Assembly (NCBI GenBank): GCA_963729965.1
Contig: CAVSPX010000003.1
Span: 15,917 to 79,916 of the forward strand
Length of the DNA stretch: 64,000 nucleotides
Source: an uncultured Alphaproteobacteria bacterium
GTDB taxonomy: Bacteria > Pseudomonadota > Alphaproteobacteria > Rhizobiales > Xanthobacteraceae
Direction of reading: 5' to 3'
Shown here: positions 36,764-43,931 of the stretch, piece after piece
How positions within the stretch are numbered: position 1 is the first letter of the stretch
How the letters are laid out: each line of letters opens with the position of its first letter
Translations under genes and position numbers: made by a program
The notes under the pieces: generated by a model
What the model saw: only the letters and a program-made list of their open reading frames with translations
Databases searched by the model: none
Told to the model about the DNA's origin: nothing

Positions 36764-37867
36764 ATGGCAAGGAAGCTACTTGGCTGGTGGCGCACGATCT
36801 GGGTTGGCGGCCTGCAGCCGGGTTCCGTTTCATCGCTGCTGTTCGCGCTGATTTGCGTCAGCGTCGCGACGCTTATCCGCATCGCGCTGGGCGAACTCAG
36901 CTCCGCGAGCACCGTTTTCGCCTCGTATTATTCGGCCACGCTTGTGGCCGCCCTGGTGGGCGGCGCTCCGGCCGGCATCCTTGCCGCCGGATCGGGCGCT
37001 GTCGCCGGTTTCTGGCTGTTCGTGCCGCCGGACTGGAAATCGCACGTGTTCGACCAGGAACAGCTGGTCAGCGCTCTGCTGTTTGCCGGTTCGTCCGGCG
37101 TGATCATCTGGGCGGCAAAGAGCTATCGCGACGTGTTGTGGCGGCTGCGCGATGAACAGGACCGACGGCAGCTGCTGACGCATGAGCTTGCGCACCGCAT
37201 CAAGAATACGCTGTCAATCGTCCAGTCGCTGATCGGACAGACGCTGCGCGATCAGCCGGCGGCATCCAGCAAGCTCAGCGCCCGCCTGGCGGCCCTGGCG
37301 GCGACGAATGATCTCCTGATCAAATCGGAATGGCGCGGAGCGAATCTCACGGAGATTCTCGCCGGCGAACTGGCGCCCTACGATCCGGCGCGCTTCCACC
37401 TCAACGGTGACGATTTCGAATGTCCGTCCGAGATCGCAACTGTGCTGGCGCTGATTTTCCATGAGCTGACGACGAATGCGGCTAAATACGGCGCACTCTC
37501 CGCGCCGCACGGCAGCATTGCGTTGGCGTGGCGCAATCGCGGCGGACGGGCCGAATTCGATTGGGTCGAGAGCGGCGGTCCACCACCTGCGGCATCGCGA
37601 CGGCAGGGCTTTGGCACCACGCTGTTGCGCAAGGGACTGCGCCAGTTCGACGGATCGGTCGACATGGACTTTGCGCGCGGCGGACTGCATTGCCGGTTCT
37701 CGCTGGCTTTGCCGCCGGCTTCGACATGCCCGGGACGCGTCGGATCGGCCGATCTTGCGGTCGAACAACCCCACTTGCCGGAATCCGCACCGACGGTGCA
37801 CAGCGTGACGGGCGGCGGCGGAGCTCTCATTCTTCGTCCGCGACGTGTCGCGGGCAAAAGCAATTGA
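36764..37867 (+). CDS. HWE/HisKA_2-family sensor histidine kinase with N-terminal membrane (DUF4118-like) domain
   Basis: H-box LLTHELAHRIKNTLSIVQSLI, ...HELTTNAAKYGA..., GFGTTLL. Four N-terminal TM helices. Confidence 0.85.
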   Translation: MARKLLGWWRTIWVGGLQPGSVSSLLFALICVSVATLIRIALGELSSASTVFASYYSATLVAALVGGAPAGILAAGSGAVAGFWLFVPPDWKSHVFDQEQLVSALLFAGSSGVIIWAAKSYRDVLWRLRDEQDRRQLLTHELAHRIKNTLSIVQSLIGQTLRDQPAASSKLSARLAALAATNDLLIKSEWRGANLTEILAGELAPYDPARFHLNGDDFECPSEIATVLALIFHELTTNAAKYGALSAPHGSIALAWRNRGGRAEFDWVESGGPPPAASRRQGFGTTLLRKGLRQFDGSVDMDFARGGLHCRFSLALPPASTCPGRVGSADLAVEQPHLPESAPTVHSVTGGGGALILRPRRVAGKSN

Positions 37868-37876
37868 GCCTGAAAG

Positions 37877-38113
37877 CTACGACGCGAGCCGCCGTGGGCG
37901 CTCAAACCGCTTCGAGGTTTCGGCAAGCGCTTGAACATAGCCTTCCATCTGGCCAAGCGTGCCGACCAGTACTTGCAGCGTCAGTTCATGGTCCGGCGTG
38001 GCCCGGCCCTGCGCCTTCAGTTTGATGACGCGGGCGCGCTGCAGCGCAACGATGCGGCGCGCTTCGGCGACCTGCCGGGCAGCCATGCCAAGTTCGCCGT
38101 CCACGTCGCCCAT
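37877..38113 (-). CDS. hypothetical small protein
   Basis: 78 aa, with GGAG 9 nt upstream of the ATG. Helical, coiled-coil-like sequence. No family recognised. Confidence 0.4.
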   Translation of the reverse strand: MGDVDGELGMAARQVAEARRIVALQRARVIKLKAQGRATPDHELTLQVLVGTLGQMEGYVQALAETSKRFERPRRLAS

Positions 38114-38193
38114 ACGGCTTTCTCCAGCGTAAGGGAATCCGCCAGTCCAGCCGCCATGATCTTGCTGCTCTGAGCCGTCGGCGCGCGCCGCAA

Positions 38194-38370
38194 TCATCGT
38201 CGTCCTCGCATTTGTCCCGGCTCCTCCGCTTCGGTGATCGTCTCGCCGCACAGCCTGCAATTATATGTCCGCAGCTCCGGAAGCGCGCCGATCTTGGGCA
38301 TCGAGCGCACCAAGCGCATCGGCTTGCCGCAATTCGGACATGCGGGCGCGGGCTTCTGGTCAGCATCCAT
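38194..38370 (-). CDS. 58-aa zinc-ribbon protein (CxxC...CxxC), below the ORF-track size cut-off
   Basis: My translation gives MDADQKPAPACPNCGKPMRLVRSMPKIGALPELRTYNCRLCGETITEAEEPGQMRGRR*. The Shine-Dalgarno is weak. Confidence 0.4.
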   Translation of the reverse strand: MDADQKPAPACPNCGKPMRLVRSMPKIGALPELRTYNCRLCGETITEAEEPGQMRGRR

Positions 38371-38570
38371 GGCGCCATTTTTGCTCAGGACCGATCCCTA
38401 AAGCTTTGATTCAGATCAAGTGATCTGCGCACGGACCGGGTGCGCAGGCGGCCGGGAAACCGGCGCGAGAATGCGCGCCAGCGCCGCTCGGAAGGCCAGC
38501 TGCGCAGTTCAGGCGTGGCTCGTAAGCCCTGGAAAGGGCTTCACAATCCTGTCACGCCTCCCTATAAACT

Positions 38571-39179
38571 ATGGCCCATCGCCGCAGTGCGGCATGTGAG
38601 TCGCGGTTGAGGAGCACCGTCGTGAACGCCCAGGTATCGCCATCCGGCTTCCCGGCGCTCGTCCTCAACGCCGATTTTCGTCCGCTCAGCTATTATCCGC
38701 TGTCGCTGTGGTCGTGGCAGGACGCCATCAAGGCGGTCTTCCTCGACCGGGTGAACATTGTCGCCAACTACGACCGCGCGGTGCATAGCCCCAGCCTGGA
38801 GATGAAGCTGCCGAGCGTTGTGTCGCTCAAGACGTTCGTGAGGCCGGCGACGCATCCGGCCTTCACCCGGTTCAACGTGTTTCTGCGCGACCGCTTCTCG
38901 TGCCAGTATTGCGGCGCGCGCGACGACCTTACCTTCGATCATCTCATTCCGCGGTCGCGCGGCGGCCACACCACGTGGGACAACGTCGTCGCCGCCTGTT
39001 CGCCGTGCAACCTGCGCAAGGGCAATCTCACGTCGACGGAATCCAACATGTGGCCGGCGCAGAAGCCGTTCCAGCCGACGGTGCAGCACCTGCACCGCAA
39101 CGGCCGGCTGTTTCCGCCCAACTATCTGCACGATAGCTGGCTCGATTATCTCTACTGGGATACCGAGCTCGATCCGTAA
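38571..39179 (+). CDS. HNH endonuclease
   Basis: CQYCGARDDLTFDHLIPRSRGGHTTWDNVVAACSPCNLRKG. The start may be an internal GTG. Confidence 0.85.
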   Translation: MAHRRSAACESRLRSTVVNAQVSPSGFPALVLNADFRPLSYYPLSLWSWQDAIKAVFLDRVNIVANYDRAVHSPSLEMKLPSVVSLKTFVRPATHPAFTRFNVFLRDRFSCQYCGARDDLTFDHLIPRSRGGHTTWDNVVAACSPCNLRKGNLTSTESNMWPAQKPFQPTVQHLHRNGRLFPPNYLHDSWLDYLYWDTELDP

Positions 39180-39194
39180 ATCTTGTAGCCCGGA

Positions 39195-40268
39195 TTACTC
39201 CGCGGCTTGCTTGTGCGCGCCGGCGAAGGCCGGCGCCACCTCGGCCATGAACCGCGCCATCTCGTCCTTGACCTGCTGGTGCGGTTTTTGGCCGACATTG
39301 ACGTAAAGAATGACTTCGTCGAAGCCCGCTGCTTCGACCTTTTTGAGCACATTGATCATGTGCGCGGAGTTTCCGATCAACACCGAATTCTCGGTGAGTT
39401 GCTCGGGTTTCAGATTCTTCAAGCGGTCAACGATGTCGATGAAATAGCGGTAGCTCGGCGGCGCGTTCTTCGGATCGCCGGGGAAAGCTGGAATGACGCA
39501 TGAATTGTAATAATAGATCTGGCGCTCGCGGACCCTGGCTTCCTGTTCCGGCGTGTCGGCGAAGTGGACGAAATAGCTGCACATCAGCCGATACGGTTTC
39601 TGGCCGTGCTTGGCGCAGGTCTGTTGATAGAGATCGGCAACCTCCTTGAGACCCCCGAAGGTCATGGCGGCAGCGAACGGCGCCACGATCAGGCCGCAGC
39701 CCAGCCTGGCCGCGAGTTCGATCGAGGGCCTTGAGAACGAGCCGATATAAGCGGGCAACGGCTGCTGGACCGGCTTCGGCGTAATCCGCACGTCGTCGAA
39801 CTGATAATGCTTGCCGTGATGCGAGATGCGATCCGGCGCGGACCACAGCTTGCGCACCACCTCCATGCCTTCTTCGAAAATGCCCTGGTTATCCTCGAAC
39901 GACACGTGGAACGGCAGATATTCGCGGCGGTCGTAGCCGCGGCCGGCGGCGAAATCGACACGGCCGCCGGACAGCAGATCGAGCGTCGCCCACTGCTCTG
40001 CGACGCGAATCGGATTGTGCAGCGGCAGTACCGTGACGGCCGGCGCCAGACGGATGCGCTTGGTCTGCGCCGCCACGTAGGACAGCACCAGATCGGGACA
40101 CGACAGCACACCGAGCGAGTTGAAATGGTGCTCGCCGATCCAGGCCGAGCGCATGCCGATCTTGTCCGCGTAGATCGCTTCCGCGGTGATGTCGGCGACG
40201 AACTGATTGGCACTGCGCTGATTGTTTGGATAGTGGTTGTCGCTCAGCGTGAAATAGCCGAACTCCAT
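39195..40268 (-). CDS. LLM-class (luciferase-like) flavin-dependent oxidoreductase
   Basis: 357 aa from MEFGYFTLSDNHYP...AWIGEHHFNSLGV...LAPAVTVLPLHNPIRVAEQWATLDLLSGGRVDFAAGRGY. Confidence 0.9.
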   Translation of the reverse strand: MEFGYFTLSDNHYPNNQRSANQFVADITAEAIYADKIGMRSAWIGEHHFNSLGVLSCPDLVLSYVAAQTKRIRLAPAVTVLPLHNPIRVAEQWATLDLLSGGRVDFAAGRGYDRREYLPFHVSFEDNQGIFEEGMEVVRKLWSAPDRISHHGKHYQFDDVRITPKPVQQPLPAYIGSFSRPSIELAARLGCGLIVAPFAAAMTFGGLKEVADLYQQTCAKHGQKPYRLMCSYFVHFADTPEQEARVRERQIYYYNSCVIPAFPGDPKNAPPSYRYFIDIVDRLKNLKPEQLTENSVLIGNSAHMINVLKKVEAAGFDEVILYVNVGQKPHQQVKDEMARFMAEVAPAFAGAHKQAAE

Positions 40269-40379
40269 GACATCCTCCCCGGTGCGCCCTGTTGACGGCC
40301 GCGTTCTGCTTGCCAGTCCCGGGACAATAGTTGACAATGCAATTGATGTAAATGCATTAGTCAATGGGATATCGTTCCT

Positions 40380-40901
40380 TTGCCGCAGCGCCGTTCGAGG
40401 GATTTCGGCTCCGTGAAAGACCCGCTCAAGCTCAGTCTTGCCGATTATCTGCCCTATCTGGTGAACCGCGTCGGCAGCATCATCGCCGATCAGTTCGGCG
40501 CCGAAACGCTGGCGCCGCACCGGCTCTCCATCGCAACCTGGCGCGTGCTGGCGGTGCTCTCCGCCAACGGCCGGCAGCGTCAGATCGATCTTGCCGAGCT
40601 AACCAGCATCGACGCCTCGACCTTATCGCGCATCGTCACGCGGCTGGTGCATCTTGGTCTGGTGACACGGACGCGCTCGGCCACCAGCAATCGCGAGGTC
40701 GCGGTGGCGCTGTCGGCGAAGGGCAGCGCGCTCATGGCCCGCCTCATTCCGCCCGCCCGCGACATCGAAGCGGATGCCAACGCGGGGATCTCACCGGAAG
40801 AGCTGGCGGTGGTAAAGCGCTGCCTGCGCCGCATGTACGCCAACATGACGAACCGGCCCGCCGCAGCGCGCAGCGCACGACCGAAACGGGCCGCAGGCTG
40901 A
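40380..40901 (+). CDS. MarR family transcriptional regulator
   Basis: LSIATWRVLAVLSANGRQRQIDLAELTSIDASTLSRIVTRLVHLGLVTRTRSATSNREVAVALSAKG. Confidence 0.9.
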   Translation: MPQRRSRDFGSVKDPLKLSLADYLPYLVNRVGSIIADQFGAETLAPHRLSIATWRVLAVLSANGRQRQIDLAELTSIDASTLSRIVTRLVHLGLVTRTRSATSNREVAVALSAKGSALMARLIPPARDIEADANAGISPEELAVVKRCLRRMYANMTNRPAAARSARPKRAAG

Positions 40902-40924
40902 CATCTACACGATCGGTCGCTGTC

Positions 40925-42024
40925 CTACAGATTAAAAAGCCGCTCCGCATTGCCGTGCGCGATGCGCGCCCGGTCGGCGGTGCTGACGGGCATGTGGTCC
41001 AAAAACGCGCGCGCCTCCGCCATCGACGCGTAAGGATGGTCGCACGAGAACATGATCCGGTCGACCCCGACTTCGAGCAGCAGATCGAGAAATGTCGCCG
41101 TGAAATTGAAGCCCGCAATGGTGTAGTGGACATTTTCGCTAGATAAGCGGCGAGTGGACGCTCAAGCTTTGTCATCCGCATCGGCATGTTCCGGTTGAGC
41201 CGCTCCAGCATGAAGGGCACGCCTTCGCCCAGATGCCCGACCACGACTTGCAGCTTTGGATACCGATCGAACACCCCGCCAAGCACCATGCGAACGAGAT
41301 GAACCCCGGTTTCGATGTGCCAGCCCCAGCCGGCCGATTCAAACATCCCGCTGACGGCCGGAGAAAAGCCGCCATACAGCACCTCGGCGACCGGCTTGGC
41401 CGGCACCGTCGGGTGCAGATAGATCGGCACATTGAGCGCCTGAGCGCGTTCCAGGATCGGCCAGAAGAACTTGTCGTCCAGATAGCGGCCGCGCGAATGG
41501 CCATTGATGAGCGTGCCTTTGAATCCCTGCTGTTTGACCCTGCGCTCGAGTTCGTCGGCCGCTTTGTCGGGGACCGCGACCGGCAGAGCGGCAAACGCTG
41601 CAAACCGCTTTGGATATTGCTTTACGACATCAGCAATGAAATCGTTCGACTCGCGCGCGATCGCGACCTGCTCCGCCGCATCGGACTGCTCGACCCCCGG
41701 AGAACTCAACGACAGCACCTGCACGTCGATGCCGGCAGCATCCATCGCAGCAATGCGTCCGTCGCCGACGTTTTGAACCTGCTCCAATATTGTCAAGGCG
41801 TGGCCGCCGGTCTTGCGCATTCGTTCCACAAAATCCCGGCCGGGCCCGGCGCACCATCCAGGGCTCGCGAAATGCTCTTCAAGCGTAATCGTTCTTAACT
41901 TCGCGCTCGCCTGCGGCGCGTCTTTCCTGATCTCGGTATTGCCTTGCGCAATTGTCATTGTCGGCATCGTCGTTGCCGAAGCGGCACCGACAGACGCGGC
42001 ATAGATGAAGTCCCGGCGATTCAT
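40925..42024 (-). pseudogene. Tat-signal amidohydrolase-2 family protein with one frame change (1 nt short in an A4 run)
   Basis: MNRRDFIYAASVGAAS (twin-Arg) ...LEEHF...HLGEGVPFMLERLN...TKLERPLAAYLA, then out of frame. The other frame reads (K)NVHYTIAGFNFTATFLDLLLEVGVDRIMFSCDHPYASMAEARAFLDHMPVSTADRARIAHGNAERLFNL*. The span is 1100 nt, not a multiple of 3. The break is at about 41127-41130. Confidence 0.8.
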
Positions 42025-42082
42025 CGCATCCTCCCCGATTCAAGAGCTGCCGCCACGCGGCGGCATGGCCAATTTTTTCGTT

Positions 42083-43645
42083 CTACTCGACGCGCGTACC
42101 CGGCGCCTTGTCTTCGAATACCGACACCTCGGGCGGCTTGCCGTCAAAGCCGAGTTCGTTCCAGCGCGCCACGACGCGATCATAGGTGCTCTTGTCGAGC
42201 TTGGTGCGCGGCGAAAACGTCTTGATGTACTTGAAATCCATGCAGGCGTTGATCAGCGCTTTCGATCCCCATGGCCGGATCTCCGGCGGATTGAGGCTGG
42301 GGTCGAGGAACGTGCTCCAGGTCTCGCGTAAAATATCGATCGACTGCGCCGGTCGCGACCGCGTTGCCATTGCCCACAGCACCTGGCCGATATTGCTGGG
42401 ATCGATGTCGTCATCGACCACGATGACATATTTGCCGAAATAGGCGCCGGCGGTACATTGCGCGGCAAGCGCCATCACCTGCGACGCGTGGCCGGCATAC
42501 ATTTGTTTGATCGAAACCACCGTCATGCCCCACCCGGCGGCCTCCGGGATCGACCACACGCCCTGGATGCCCGGAATGCCGAGCTTCTGCAGATCCGCCC
42601 AGATGCCGGCTGAGCGCACGGCGGCCCAGAACAGACCGCACTCGTTGGAGGGCCCGTCGGCCATCAGCGCGCAGGTCAGCGTCGGATTATTGCGATAGCG
42701 CAGCCGCTCGACCCGCATGTAGGGTGTCGCGCCGCTCGGCCGGCCGTAATAGCCGGTGAATTCGCCGAACGGGCCTTCGGCGAAGGTTTCGTTAGGATAG
42801 AGATGGCCTTCAACAATGATCTCGGCATGCGCCGGCAGCGGCAGGCCGGTGAGGTCCGACGTGAACAGCTCGATCGGCGATCCCTTGATGCCTGAATAAT
42901 ATTCGTATTCGCTCTCGGTCTTGGGCAAAGTCGTCGCCCCGACCAGAAACAGCAGCGGATCGATGCCGTAGCAGGCCGCGATCGGCGCCGGCTTGCCCAT
43001 CTTCCACCACTTGTCGCGGTCATTGCCGGCGTCCTTGCCGGGCGAGGTATAGACGCCGATCTCGCGCGGTCCCTTGATCATCATCCGGTAGGTGCCGACG
43101 TTTACCCGCTTGGTCTCGGGATCCATCGTGATGACGGCATCGTTGGTGCCAAGGTACATGCCACCGTCGAGCGGCCACATGCGCTGCGCCGGGAACATAC
43201 GGATATCGATCGCCTCGCCTTCGACGATGTTCTGGCTCGACACGGCCGCGGCCGCCGCAACCTCGACCGGCTTCAGCTTGCGTCCGAATTTCTGCTGCAG
43301 AAGGCGCACCGCCTTCAGCGGGTGATCCACCGGCTCCTCGCCGATCATCAGGCAGAAGCGCGACAGGTTGCAGCCGATCATGTTGTAGAGCGCCTTGTGG
43401 CCGGGATGCCCCTTGATGTTCTCGAACAGCAGCGCCGGACTCTTCTGCAACCCCACCAGATAAGTGATGTGGGCCGCTTCGAGGTCGGGGCTCACTTCAA
43501 CGGTGATGCGCTTAAGTTCGCCCATCGCCTCGGCCTTCTCCAGCCAGACATCAAGCTCGCTGGAGTTGGGGCGGCGGATCGGCGCTTTGGCTTCGTTCGG
43601 CGCTGTCGTCCGTTCCTCGTGCGCGACGGGGACACTCATTTCCAT
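42083..43645 (-). CDS. UbiD-family (prFMN-dependent) decarboxylase
   Basis: 520 aa from MEMSVPV (GGTGGA upstream). NIKGHPGH, MWPLDGGMYLGT, GPFGEFTGYYG, YVIVVDDDIDPSN. Confidence 0.9.
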   Translation of the reverse strand: MEMSVPVAHEERTTAPNEAKAPIRRPNSSELDVWLEKAEAMGELKRITVEVSPDLEAAHITYLVGLQKSPALLFENIKGHPGHKALYNMIGCNLSRFCLMIGEEPVDHPLKAVRLLQQKFGRKLKPVEVAAAAAVSSQNIVEGEAIDIRMFPAQRMWPLDGGMYLGTNDAVITMDPETKRVNVGTYRMMIKGPREIGVYTSPGKDAGNDRDKWWKMGKPAPIAACYGIDPLLFLVGATTLPKTESEYEYYSGIKGSPIELFTSDLTGLPLPAHAEIIVEGHLYPNETFAEGPFGEFTGYYGRPSGATPYMRVERLRYRNNPTLTCALMADGPSNECGLFWAAVRSAGIWADLQKLGIPGIQGVWSIPEAAGWGMTVVSIKQMYAGHASQVMALAAQCTAGAYFGKYVIVVDDDIDPSNIGQVLWAMATRSRPAQSIDILRETWSTFLDPSLNPPEIRPWGSKALINACMDFKYIKTFSPRTKLDKSTYDRVVARWNELGFDGKPPEVSVFEDKAPGTRVE

Positions 43646-43931
43646 GGGTAAATTTCCACCTGCTCGACCATTCATTCCCTCGCTTGGAACAAACGAGGAA
43701 TTCATCGTCATCTTAATCGGCGCGTAAAACCCTGGCGACAGCGATTTTCCCGGACGGATACGTAGGTTCTGTAGAGCGCGTCTTTCTGCAAAGCTTCGGC
43801 GCCCGAAACCAGCTGCATTGTTACCGACGTAACTGAACCCCTGCCCACGTTTCTGCCACCAATGGACGGGTACACTTTCCCTTTGGACCGCACGGCCGCT
43901 TGCCAGTGCTGCCGAAATCAAGGGGCGCGAC

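Noticed and set aside
41120-41135. Programmed frameshifting in the amidohydrolase gene
   Set aside because: The site (GCG AAA ATG) is not a tandem-slippage heptamer in the right phase. A one-base homopolymer undercall (A4 for A5) explains it fully.
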